From contig NC_088807.1 in the NCBI RefSeq assembly GCF_011386835.1, positions 23,436,001 to 23,500,000 of the forward strand: a stretch of 64,000 nucleotides of DNA. The letters are read 5' to 3'. The notes under the pieces are model-generated. The model searched no databases. It was given only the letters and a program-made list of their open reading frames with translations, and was not told where the DNA came from. Shown here piece by piece: positions 12,101 through 24,300 of this stretch; the first letter of the stretch is position 1; each line of letters opens with the position of its first letter. This DNA is from Chrysemys picta bellii. Its lineage: Eukaryota. A program made the translations under genes and the position numbers.

Positions 12101-14264
12101 TGCCAATGCCCCTGACTCCCAACCCACAGCCCCTGCTAGCCCAGCCCTGGGCTTCCCCCATCCCAGCCCTGCCGGTGCCCCTCACTCCTGACCCGCAGCC
12201 CCCGCTAGCCCAGCCCAGCCCCCCCCCCAGCCCTGCCAATGCCCCTCACTCCCGACTCGCAGCCCCTGCTAGCCCAGCCCTGGGCTTCCCCCAGCCCTGC
12301 CGGTGCCCCTCACTCCCGACCCGCAGTCCCTGCTAGCCCATCCCAGCCCTGCCGGTGCCCCTCACTCCTGACCCGCAGCCCCTGCTCGCCCATCCCAGCC
12401 CTGCTGGTGCCCCTCACTCCCACCTTGCAGCGCCTGCTAGCCCAGCCCTGCCCCTACCCAGCCCTGCCGGTGCCCCTCACTCCCAACCCGCAGCCCCTGC
12501 TAGCCCAGCCCTGGGCTCCCCCAGCTCTGCCGGTGCTGCTCACACCCGACCCTGGACGGTACCCGGGTGATTGACGTCCATCTTGTACTTGTCTGCCAGC
12601 CCCTCCAGGGCTACGGTGATGAAGAACTCTTTGAAGAAAGGGTCAGCCTGGCACAGAGAAAGGGCAGGGTCAGCGGGTCCCAGGGGACAGCCTGGAGACC
12701 ACTAGGGAGCTGCATCCCCCCCCCCGCCCCCCACATTGACTCCCCCATAGCTGCGGGGGGGGGGCCCGGCCCAGCAGGGGGCGCTTACCTCCACTTTGCT
12801 GAAGAAGCCGGAGTTGATGACCACGTCGTACGCGATGCAGCCGTTCCCGCCTGCGACAGAGAATGACTGTAAGCGCTCTGAGCTCCCCTCGCCCCGCGGC
12901 CGGGGCTCAGACCCAGTGCGGCCTGATCTCTGGGGCCGGGTGGGAGCCAGCGCCCCCGGAGGGGAACAGCCCCGTGCCCCATTCCCCACCCCCTGAGCCA
13001 GCCAGTCCCTACCATGGGGCCAGGTGGGAGTCAGCATCCCCTAGAGGGAAAGGCCATGTGTCCCATTTCCTGCCCCCCAAGCCAGCCAGCCCCCGCCCTG
13101 GGGCCCCCTACAGGGATAAGGGACAGGAGTCCTTGCTGAGGATTGGGTGTCACAGAGATCCCAACAGTAGGTGTTTGTATGCAGGCGGAGCCAGGGGTCA
13201 CCGTGGGAGGTTCCACCCATAGGGCTGTGGGGTCACAGCGGGGGGTGGGGGGTGGCTCACTATTGTCCAGCTCGGCGTGGGGCTCCCCAAGGCTCATGGG
13301 GATGCGGAAGGAGGAGGCGCTGTCCGACTCGATCAGACACTCCAGCTCCTGGTGGCTGAGGTCGGGGGGCGCCGGGATGTGCAGCGACCGGCAGATGTTC
13401 ACAAACACCTTCTCCTGGGAGCCCGCGTGGGTCTTAATGCAGAAGCCTGGAGAAAGAGGGAAAGGAAGGGGTTGGTGCCCCTCACTCCTGACCCACAGCC
13501 CCCTAGCCCTGGGCTCCCCCGGCCCAAACTCCATACCAGGCTGAGGCTGGATCGGCTTCGAGTCGCGCACCGAAGGCATCGCACTCTGGATCTTCTGGGT
13601 GGCCTGCAGGGAAAGGGGGATGAGACAGGCACTGGACCCCACCACACCCACCCAGTGGTCCCTCCAGACCCACACGCCTGCGATGAGGCCCCAGCACAGA
13701 CAGGTCATTGTGAATGAACCCACAACTCCTCACACACACACACCCCGGATCCCAGCTCGCCTCAACTCAATCGCTGCATCACCTAGAACGAATGAGAGTG
13801 GGACCAAGGGGATCTCACCAGTCACCGATTCCCCCATCCGATCCCACCAGCCCTCACAGGGTTGATCCTGCCCCACCAGATCCCATCAGCCCCCCGCTTC
13901 CTCCTCCCAGGGGCTGATTCCTCTGTCAGCTCCCTTGGCCAGATCCCACCTACCACAGCTATCAGAGTGCTGCAAACCCTGCAGGTGGGAAGGGAGCAGA
14001 GGCCACTGGGTCGACACCGCACCAAGAGATCCCTGCTGAGACCCAGCCCTGCCGGCTCCGAGGGCTTGCTACTCCCCCACAGGGCCCCACAAGCAGAGCC
14101 AGCCTTCTGCCCCCACAACACTCCCCAGTGCAGCCCTGCACCCGGGGGGGTGCGGGCAGGAGCTGGGCCCGCTCACAGACCTGGAGCAGCAGCTGTCTGA
14201 ACTCCTCATCGTCTTCCTCCTCCAGCTCTGCCGACAGCAGGGACTTGTCCGTCTGGGAGGCCAT
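9186..14264 (-). CDS. PIH1D1: PIH1 domain-containing protein 1 (R2TP co-chaperone), 9 coding exons, 287 aa
   Basis: Exons 14264-14181, 13603-13537, 13446-13261, 12850-12789, 12647-12563, 11955-11859, 10879-10789, 10288-10145, 9233-9186; all GT-AG, phases compatible, total 864 nt. Motifs IQPQPGFCIKT, KVFVNIC, FRIPMSLGEPHAELD, AYDVVINS, WRILKNRKFMGSI. An acceptor at 14287-14288 implies an upstream non-coding exon. Confidence 0.96.
9560..10140. repeat. Degenerate G-rich minisatellite, PIH1D1 intron 8
   Basis: Recurrent ggggttccccagggggctgg...gggcaatg. Confidence 0.75.
10325..10650. repeat. Minisatellite with CTCF-like motif, PIH1D1 intron 7
   Basis: Repeated cccacagcgccccctg...ggg(ga/ac)agacc. 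Confidence 0.75.
12060..12540. repeat. C-rich minisatellite, PIH1D1 intron 5
   Basis: Repeated cccagccctgccggtgcccctcactcc...cgcagcccctgctagc. Confidence 0.8.
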
Positions 14265-14939
14265 GGGCTCTGCTCCGGGGACGGGGCTGCAAAACAGACA
14301 GAGCTTCAGACGGATGTGCCCACTCCCGTGGCATGGGAGCGAGGGACCACGCAGCCCTGCCAGCCCCAAAACCGCCACCCTACCGCCATGGGCAGAGAGG
14401 CCCGCGGCCTCCCAAGCCAGGCCTGGTCCCTGCCAGCGCAGACTCCGGAGCAGTGCTGGAGCCCGGAGCACCAGGCCCGGCCACCGGCTGCACGGAGCGG
14501 ATCGGGGCACCGGGGGGGCATTGGCCCCTGGGGTGATCTATGCAGACTAAGGGACAGCAGCCCCCCACAAGGTGTCACTCCCCCGCGGCACCATGCCAGG
14601 CTGCCGGGGCTGCCAGCCCAGGGTGCCCGGAGGAGGCTGTGATACCAGCCCCCAGGTCCCATCCCCCGCTGAGCCGGGGAGAGAACCCAGGAGTCCGGGC
14701 TCCCAGCCCCCCCTGCTCTACCCACTAGACCCCACTCCCCTCCCAGAGCCAGGGAGAGAACCCAGGAGTCCGGGCTCCCAGCCCCCCCCCTGCTCTAACC
14801 ACTAGCCACCACTCCCCTCCCTGAGCCAGGGAGAGAACCCAGGAGTCCGGGGTCAGGGAGGGCAGGAGGTCACACCAGCTTCCCCCCCGCCCCTCGGGCA
14901 CTGACCCCTGCCCTTTGCCTCCCCGCTGCTATTGGCAAC

Positions 14940-15320
14940 CCTGGCCCAAGCCTGCGACGCCCACTTCCGGGAGCGTTAAACCAACTTCCGGTGTCTGTTG
15001 CCACACTTCCGGTAATGACAGTATCGCTTCCGGGGTAGGGGTTTCGCCGCACTTCCCGTCTTCTGCCACATTTCCTATCACGGGGCGGAGGAGGTGGGAC
15101 TTGCGGCGATACACTTACTGGTTCTTTGTCAATTTCAGAGAGGGTCCCCCCCTTCCGGCTTTTGGACGCCACACTTCCGGCTGCGGTCCGCCACACTTCC
15201 GGTCTCTCCGCAGCGCGGTTTTACCTTCTTCCGGCGGAAGTCACAGAGATAGGTCATGGCCCGTCCCCGAAACCCTAGTCTCTATGGTACTCCGGAGGCC
15301 GGAAGTGGCGCTGGGTCCCT
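14940..15320. promoter_or_regulatory. Bidirectional CpG-rich promoter of PIH1D1/ALDH16A1 with clustered ETS (GABP-type) sites
   Basis: At least 9 TTCCGG/CCGGAA cores (near 14964, 14984, 15005, 15026, 15154, 15172, 15195, 15228, 15300) between head-to-head start codons about 1.1 kb apart. Confidence 0.8.
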
Positions 15321-15369
15321 CCAGCGGCCAGGGGCGGGCTGCCTGGGGACAGAGTCCGGCGGGGAGTCA

Positions 15370-18300
15370 ATGGCTGGAGCTGCAGGGGGGCGCCCGTCCG
15401 TGTGGGGCATCTACAGCTCCATGGAGTATGGGCCTGCCCCAGAGGGGGCGGGGCCTGCCCAGGTAAGCCCCCCCCCCCCCCCAACACACACACATTGGGA
15501 ACCGGACTCCTGGGTTCTCTCCCCAGTGCTGGGAGGGGCTGGGAGCCCGGACTCCTGGGTTCTCTCCCCAGTTCTGGGAGGGGACGGGGGCTGGGAGCCC
15601 GGACTCCTGGGTTCTCTCCCCAGTTCTGGGAGGGGAGAGGGGGCTAGTGGTTAGAGCAGGGCAGGATGGGACCCAGGACTCCTGGGTTCTCTCCCTGGCT
15701 CTGGGAGGGGAGGGGAGGGGTGGCTAGTAGTAGTGGTGGGGGGTTGGGATCCAGGACTCCTGGGTTCTCTCTCCAGCTCTGCCCCAGGCTGCATTAAGGT
15801 GGTTGAGTCCTACCAGCGCTGTGTGCCTCAGTTTCCCCACAGGCAGCGACAGCCCTACTGGCTCCTAGGAGGCTGTGGGGATTCAGCTGCTAGGCCCTGG
15901 CTGGCAGGCTGGCCTTTGGCCAACACAGAATTGCCAAGACAGCGAGATTCCACTTCCCCTTCCCTACCCCGCCCGCGGCCCTGACCTTGGTGTAGCTGAG
16001 GCAGCACCCGGGGCGGGGCGGGGGAGTGATGGCTGCACTGTGCCAAGAGCCCGGGCCCTGGGCCTGTCCCGTCCCACCTGGGTTTTTCCACTGCAGCCCC
16101 AGCTCTTGTCCTGCTGCGCTGACACCGCACCCAGACGCAGGAGCTCATCCCTGGCGGGGGCGGGGATGGGACGACAGTACAAGAATAGAACCCAGGTGTC
16201 CTGGTACCCGGTCACCTCCTCCTAGATCCCACTCCCCTCCCAGGATTAGTAATAGAACCCAGGCGTCCTGACTCGCAGTCCCCCCGCTCTAACCCACTAG
16301 ACCCCACTCCCCTTCCCAAGCCATGGAGAGAACCCAGGAGTCCTGGCTACCTAATTTCCCATCCTCAAAACATGTTAAAACACATCACAGTGGGTTTGCT
16401 AAGAGCTGGGATCCAATGATTGACAGCCAGGACTCCTGGGTTCTCTCCCTGGCTCTGGGAAGAGAGGGGTTTCTAGTGGTTAGAGCAGGGGGGCTGGGAG
16501 ACAGGAGGACTCCTGGATTTTCTGCCCAGGTCTGACCCTCTGTGGCAGTGTGTCAAGTCCATTCTCCGTATCTCAGTTTCCCCGTCTGTTTAATCAAACA
16601 GTGGGTAGCATTTCATTTCAGCTCGCAGGGGTGCGTCTGTTATGCTGGGCTAAGAATCAGAACACAGCGATCCTGCTGGGAACATCCCCTGTCCCTGCCA
16701 CAGCGGGACCCCTCCCTTCCCGCACCTGACTGGGCATTCTGCAGAGAATCCCCTTTTTGCACTATAGGGCTTAGGACCCGCGATTACCACGTTCTGCTTC
16801 CAGCCACTAGAGGGCAGCGTGGGGCCGGTTGCCCCCGGTGGGTGTGTGGTGTATTGCCGATGGTCTGACTGTCCGTTCCAGGGTGTGTATTTCTCCTGCT
16901 TCCCCCCACCCCAGGCCTGGCTGGAGACTCACGGTCGAAGCTTTGGGCACTTCGTGGACGGCAAATGGTTGAAGCCGGAAGGGAGAGAAACCGCCAGCAG
17001 CACCAATCCAGCCACCGGTACGAGCCCAGGCTGCAGCAGCTCGCCGTGTCTGACCCTGAAGGGTTAAACTGGATCTTGAGAGGGGGGTGGGGGACGGGGA
17101 CGGGGGGGACGGGGGGGCTTCTCCCCATAAGGGGTGCCGGTTCCCATCCGGCCACAGGGCGGGTGACTGACTGGCTCAAGGGGACAGGAAATGGGACACA
17201 GGGCCTCTAGGGGGCGCCGATTCCCGTCCTAGCTGGTGAGTCCATGTGTGAACCGAGTTGTTTGGGTCTCAGCTCAGTTCCGAGCAGAGTGGAGGGATGA
17301 GGTGGGGTGGGGCTGTGTGGATGGGGAGGAAGCAGGGAGATCTCTCCATGGGGTGGCGATTGGGCGGGGGTGATCTCTCTGTGGGGAGGGGGCAGTTGGG
17401 GGGGCTATGCATAAGTGGGGATCTTTCTCCCTGGCCCTAGGGGAGCTGCTGGCCACCACCCTCCAGGGGGCGCCGGAGGATGTCGAAGCTGCCGTCCAAG
17501 CTGCCGCGAAAGCCTTCGAAGCCTGGAGTCGGCTGCCGTGCCACGCCCGAGCCCGACACCTGCACAAGTCAGCGCCGTCCGTGAGGGTGCCGGGGGGCAG
17601 GGAGGGGGCGTTGGTTGGGGCGGTGGGGGAGAAACCCCGCCCGGTTTGGACATGTGGTTCTGTCGCCACCTAGTGACGGCAGCCTGCCTGGCGCCCGCGG
17701 AGCCGTCGCGGCGCCCCCTGCTGCCTGGCACGCTCGGCTCGTGACTGTCGCCACCCGCTGGCCGCAGCCTGCTTTGCGGGGACGCCAGCCCCGGCCTGAC
17801 CCCAGCCCCCTCCCTTCTCCAGCATGGCCCGGACCATCCAAAAACACCAGCGCCTGCTGGCACTCCTGGAGAGCCTGGACACCGGCAAGCCCATCGGGGA
17901 AGCCCGGGACCGGGACCTGCCCCTGGTCGTGCGACATTTCTACCACCACGCCGGCTGGGCCCAGCTCATGGGCACCGAGATGGGGGGCTGGAAGCCCCTG
18001 GGTGAGTATCTCGCCCAGAGAGTGAGGTTCCCTCGCCCCGTGCTGGAGCCGTGCGCCTGTTTATGTGGGGGGAAACTGAGGCCCGATGTGGGAACGGGGA
18101 TTTAGGCGTGTGTAACTGCTTGACCTCCCCTCTGCTCCCAGAGCCTGGGAGAGAACCCAGGAGTCCTGGCTCCCAGCCACCCCTCCCCCCCGCTCTAACC
18201 ACCAGACCCCATTCCCCTCCCAGAGCCAAGGCGAGAACCCAGGAGTCCTGGCTCCCAGCCACCCCTCCCCCCCGCTCTAACAACCAGACCCCATTCCCCT

Positions 18301-21300
18301 CCCAGAGCCAGGGCAGAACCCAGGAGTCCTGTTTCCCAGCACACCCCTGCTCTAACCACTAGACACCACTCCCCCTCAGGCCTGGGGAGAGAACCCAGGA
18401 GTCCTGGCTACCCGCTCTGACCTCTTTCTTCCTCTACCTCCCCCCCCCAGGGGTGGTCGCTGCCGTGGTTACCTGGAATTCCCCATTGCTGTCGCTGGCC
18501 TGGAAAATCTGCCCAGCTCTAGCCATGGGTAGGTGTGTGTGTGTGGGGGTTGCCCCACTCTGTGCCCCCCACGTGTGTTCCCTTGGGATCCCCTCGCCCC
18601 TCTTGGGGGCCAGCCCAACCCTCTCGCTTGGAGTTCACCCCCCCACCTCCATATTTCTATCCCCCGGGTCCTCTTGGGGGGTGTCACGTGGTTCTGAGTC
18701 TCCCCCAGCTCCTGTGTGTCTCACCTAGAGCTTCCCCACACCCCCCTTCTAAGGGGAAGGGGTCGCCCAGCGGGGATCCCCCCCCTGTGATTGTCCCTGT
18801 CTGGGGGTCCCCCTGTGCCTGCCCCGTGTGGTCCCCTCTGAGGCCCCCTCTTCCCTTTTTGGGGGTCCCCCTTCTCTGAGCCCCCTGCAGGCCCTGCCCT
18901 GAGCCCCCCACATGTGGTCCCCCTCTGAGGCCCCCTCTGTGGGGGTCCCCCTGCCCTGAGCTCCATGTGCCCCCCTCTTGACCCCCATCTACCCCCCCAG
19001 GGAACACCGTGGTTCTCCTCCCACCCCCCCGTGCCCGGCTCTCTGCCCTGCTGCTGGCCGAGCTGGGGGCCCAGGCCGGGCTGCCCCCAGGGGTGCTGAA
19101 TGTGCTGACGGGGGAGGGGGCGCTGGCCGGGGGGCTGGCTGCCCACGCCGGGGTGGACGCTGTGGCCGTGGCTGGCTCCGTGGAGGTACGTGCTTCCAGG
19201 AGGGGGGGGGGGGCTCTCCCCCTGACCCCATGTGCCAGAGGGCTGGTCTGTGGGGGGGTGGAATTGGGGGGCTGGTTTCTTGGGGGGAGCTGCCATGGTC
19301 TAGGCTGGGGGGATGGGAGGGGGCTCTGGAGAGCTGAGCTGAGAGGGGAGTGGGGTGCCCTGAAGGGAGGGGGCCGCTGTGACTTGGAGGGGCCTGGGGG
19401 GAGGGGGCTGGACCCCGGGGGTAGCTGGACTAGGGTGGGGGGCTGGGGACCTAGGCCATGGGGGGTGCTGGGCTGGTGGAGTTGGGGGCTGCCCTGGCCC
19501 CATTCCCAGCGCTCCCCCTCCCCTCCCTGCAGGTGGGGCGCTCGCTGCGCCGTGCCACGGCCGGCAGGGGCCCCCGGCTCTCGCTGCAGCTGGGGGGTGA
19601 CACCCTGGCCATCGTCTTCGACTCGGCCGACCTGGATGGAGCTGCCGTGGGGCTGAGCAATGCCGTGAGCTGCCAGCGGGGCCCGGTGAGCAGGGAGCGC
19701 GGCCTTCCTCTAGGGGGCGCCAGCTGTCGCGGGGGTGGGGAATGGGGCCTGGGGCCTGTCCCCTCTAGGGGGCGCCAGCTCTCATCCGGCCCTAGGGCAG
19801 GGACTGGCTGGCTCAGAGGGACGGGGAATGGGGCTCGGGGCCTGTCCCCTCTAGGGGGCGCTGGCTCCCATCCGGCCCCAGGGCAGGGACTGGCTGGCTC
19901 AGGGGGGTGGGGAATGGGGCAGGGGCCTGTCCCCTCTAGGGGGCGCTGGCTCCCATCTGGTCCCCAGGGCAGGGACTGGCTGGCTCAGGGGGGTGGGGAA
20001 TGGGGAAGGGGCCTGTCCCCTCTAGGGGGCGCTGGCTCCCATCTGGTCCCCAGGGCAGGGACTGGCTGGCTCAGGGGGGTGGGGAATGGGGCAGGGGCCT
20101 GTCCCCTCTAGGGGGCACCGGCTCCCATCTGGTCCCCAGGGCAGGGACTGGCTGGCTCAGGGGGGTGGGGAATGGGGCCCGGGGCCTGTCCCCTCCAGGG
20201 GGCGCCAGCTCCCATCTGGTCCCCAGGGCAGGGACTGGCTGGCTCAGGGGGGTGGGGAATGGGGCCCGGGGCCTGTCCCCTCTAGGGGGCGCTGGCTCCC
20301 ATCTGGTCCCCAGGGCAGGGACTGGCTGGCTCAGGGGGGTGGGGAATGGGGCCCGGGGCCTGTCCCCTCTAGGGGGCGCTGGCTCCCATCTGGTCCCCAG
20401 GGCAGGGACTGGCTGGCTCAGGGGGGCAGGGAACAGGCCCCTCTGGATTGCGACTGCATTGCTGTGAGGGCCTGTGCCCTGCAGGGGGCGCTGGTGTGTC
20501 ATTAACCCCTTTCCCCCCAGGCTCCCGGCGCCGGGGCGCTGCTGCTGGTGCAGGAGGCCGTGGCCGGGGCGCTGCTGCAGCGGCTGAGGGCGCGGCTGGG
20601 GAAGCTGCGTGTTGGGGACCCGCTGGACAAGGCCATGGACGGGGGGGGCCCTGGCAGACGAAGCCCAGCGGGGCGCCATAGAGGCCTACGTGGAGGAGGC
20701 CCGGGCAGAGGGGGCTGAGGTGAGGGGCTGGGTCTAGTGTGTAGGGGGGGGGGGCTGGGAGCCCGGACTCCTGGGTTCTATCCCTGGCTCCGGGAGGGGA
20801 GGGGAGGGGGGGCTGGGAGCCCGGACTCCTGGGTTCTCTCCCCGGCTCGTGGGTGGGGGGGGGGGGATCTAGTGGTTAGAGCGGGGGGTGGGGAAGGATT
20901 GGGAGCTCGGACTCCTGGGTTCTCTCCCTGGCTCCGGGGGGGGGGGGGGTCTAGTGGTTAGAGCATGGGGGGGAGGTTGGGAGCCCGGACTCCTGGGTTC
21001 TTTCCCCGGCTCTGGGAGGGGAGTGCCTGTCTCTGGGGCTCACGTGCTGCTGTCTCCCCACTCACAGATCTTCCAGGCGTGGGCAGCGCTCCCGGCCCGA
21101 GGGCCCTTCTACCCCCCGACTATGATCACCGGAGTGGCCACCACCTCGCGCTGCGTCCGGGAGGAGGTAGGGGGCTGTGACGAACTGGGACTGTTCTTGC
21201 TGGGGTGTGTGAATGCTGACAGGGGAGTGTGACTAGGATGGTCTGCATCGGGGGATGGGAGCCGGCCCAAGGGAACATACCTGAGCTTGTAACATGAGAA

Positions 21301-24300
21301 CCCAGGAGGGGGTTGGAGGTCAGATGACTCCGGGGCCCGGGAAACTGAACAAAGGCTGTGGGAGGGGTCGCTGAGGGCAGAGTGCTGGAAGCTGGCTGGA
21401 AGGAGGCTGGAGAGATGGCTGGGAGGCAGAGATGGCTCTGACCCCCCCCCCCCCAAGGGGGTGGGCTGGCATGCCCTGGGACCCCAAGCTGGACCTAACT
21501 GAGGGGGGCCCTGTTGTCTGTGCCTGCAAGACCTGTCTTGGACTGTATTCCTGTCATCCAAATAAACCTTCTGCTTTACTGGCTGGCTGAGAGTCATGGT
21601 GAATCGCAGGAAGCCGGGGGTGCAGGGCCCTGAGTTCCCCAATACTCCGTGACAAGTCCCAGTTCGTCACATCTCTCCCCCCTTCGAGACCGAACTGAGC
21701 AGGGTCACTTTAGCCAGTGACCCGGGGAAGTTCGAACCTACCCCCGTTCCCATGGATGCCCCCGCATCCCTCCAGTTCCTTGGTGAGAATTACACCAGGC
21801 CCCTTCCGTTCCACGCCCCCCCTTAGGTCGGGGGTGCTTGATGGCACTCGCAGTTCGCATGTGGGAAGGTTTATGCGGCCTGTGCCCTTTCCCCACCCCC
21901 ATACCTCTGGGGTTCCAACTGGGCTGTGGTCTTCTCCCAGCGCTCCAGTCTGGAGGTCTGTGCTTTGGGCTCTCTTGGTTTAGAGCCGCCCTTTTAACCT
22001 TGGCCACCCTCTGGAAAGGATCCTTTATGCTGGGCAAGGGTCCTAAAGCTCTTTTCCCCTTGTCCCAGGCCTTCCTCCCCCTCTGACAGGGGTCACAGGA
22101 TCCGCAGTACTGTCGGACAGTAACAAAGACCCCAGGCCAGTAAAAGCTCCGTAGCAGCCTCTGCTGGGTACGCCAGGTTCCCTGGTGCCCTGAGAGGGGA
22201 ATGTCATGGGCCCGGCACAGCAGCTGGCGGCGATACTTCTGGGGTACCACCAGCTGCCTCCTGATCCCCCCTGACTCCATTTTCCCTGGGGGAGCCCATT
22301 CTCGGTACAGGAACCCCTTCTCCCACAGGAACCTTTTCCGGCCACCTCGTCCCATGGTCTGTACCGCATTGAGGTCGGCCAGGTCCCTTATCTTCCGCAA
22401 GGAGGGATCTCTCTGTAACTCGGCCTGGAACTCAGCAGCTGGGACAGGGATGGCCACCTGCTCTTTCTCGCCCGCTGGGTCCGAAGCTGCAGCCTCCCTG
22501 CGCCGTGTCCCTGGGCGTTCCCTCCCCACCAGGTTAGGGTCCTGCGCCTCAGGCAAGGCACCCCCCCCAAGGCCAGGGCGCAGTGCCCCTCGCCGGCTCT
22601 GACTGCGGGTCACAACTAAGGCGGTCTGGGGGCTGCTTGGCCAGTCCTCTAGGTCCCCCCCCATCAACACCTCAGTGGGCAAATGGTGGTGCACTCCCAC
22701 GTCCTTGGGGCCCTCCTTGGCCCCCCATTTCAGGTGTACCCTCGCTACGGGAACCTTGAATGGGGTCCCGCCCACCCCGGTCAGGGTCAGGAAGGTGTTG
22801 GGCACCACCCGATCTGGGGCCACCACCTCGGGCCGGGCCAGTGTCACCTCTGCGCCCGTGTCCCAGTATCCATAAACTTTCTTCCCATCCACCTCCAGGG
22901 GAACAAGGCACTCGCTCCGCAGGGACAGCCCCGCGCCAACCCTGTAAACGGAGAACTTTGAATCCGGAGCATCTGGCCCCCCAGAGAAGCTGGCCTGGGG
23001 CCCTTCTCTCTCTTGAGCAGTTGATAAGCTGCCAGCCCCTCTTGCGTTAGAAGCCTGCCCCTCGTCCGTCTGGGCCTCTACCAAGTTAACCCGGTGCGGG
23101 TTCGGTCTGCTCAGTCTGTCCTTGAGCTTGGGGCACTGGGCCCGAACGTGGCCTCTTCGGCCGCAGTAATAGCAGCTCAGGTCCCGTGGGTCCCCTCGAG
23201 CCGGTCGGTTGTCCCTGACGCTGGGCATTCCCCGTGGGAGGGGATTCCCCATATTCCCCCTTTGGGAGGTCCCAGGGTGACTCTCTCTCTGCATCGCGGC
23301 GGGCCTGTTCCTTTGGGGCTCCTCCCTGCCACCCCCTGACCGGCTCTTTACAAACTCATCAGCCAGCTGCCCGGCGTGTCGCGGGTTCTCTGGCTTTCTG
23401 TCCACCAACCACAGCCTCAGGTCGGATGGGCACCGCTCATACAGTTGCTCCAGTACCAGCAGTTTAATCAGGTCCTCCTTCGTCTGGGCCCCACCAGCCC
23501 ACTTGCTGGCGTATCTTTCCATGCGGGCGGCTAGTTGCAGATATGAGATCTCAGGGGTTTTATCCTGACTCCGGAACCTTTCCCGGTACATCTCAGGAGT
23601 CAGCCCAAACTCTCGTAGCAGGGCCTTTTTGAATAGTTCGTAGTCCCCTTTCTCTGCCTCTCCCAGTTGGCGGTACAATGCCACGGATTTGGGGTCCAGT
23701 AAGGGGGTAAGGACCCGGAGTCTGTCCGCGGGATCAACCCGGTGCAGCTCGCAGGCCGTCTCAAAGGCCTCCAGGAAGTCATCCATGTCCTCCCCCTCCT
23801 TGTATGGGGCCATGATGCACTTATCAAAGCTCCGTGCAGTCCTGGGTCCCCCCTCACTCACCGCAGCCGGGGGTTCGCTGCCCTTCAATCTCGCCAGTTC
23901 CAGGTCATGCTGACGCTGTCTCTCATTCTCCTCCCGTTCATGCTGTCTCTGTCTCTCTTCACGCTGATGCTGTCTCTCTTCATGCTGTCTCTGTTGTTCA
24001 CGATCCTCCAGCTCCCTCAGTTTTAGCTCTTTCTCCCATTCCAGCCAATTCCGCTCCCCGGATGCCGAACGTCGCCGGGAGGATCCTCTGCTGGCCGGCG
24101 AGCTTCGCCGGGGGGACCCCCTGCTGGCCGGGGGGGTCACGGCGCCTTCGGTATTTGCTGGGCTCCTCCCCACCCTTCCCCTAGGCATAGGAAGGAGGGG
24201 TCTCGGGAAGCCCTCAGCAGCGGGCTGACCACTCCCAGCTGGGACAGACACTGGTGCCTGCGCTGCATTTGCCAGGCTGCTTCCCTGAGACACAGGGATC

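Noticed and set aside
14172-14180. Alternative stronger-looking donor (gtgagc) 4 nt downstream of PIH1D1 coding exon 1
   Set aside because: Would shift the frame relative to exon 2; the GT at 14180-14179 keeps phase 0.
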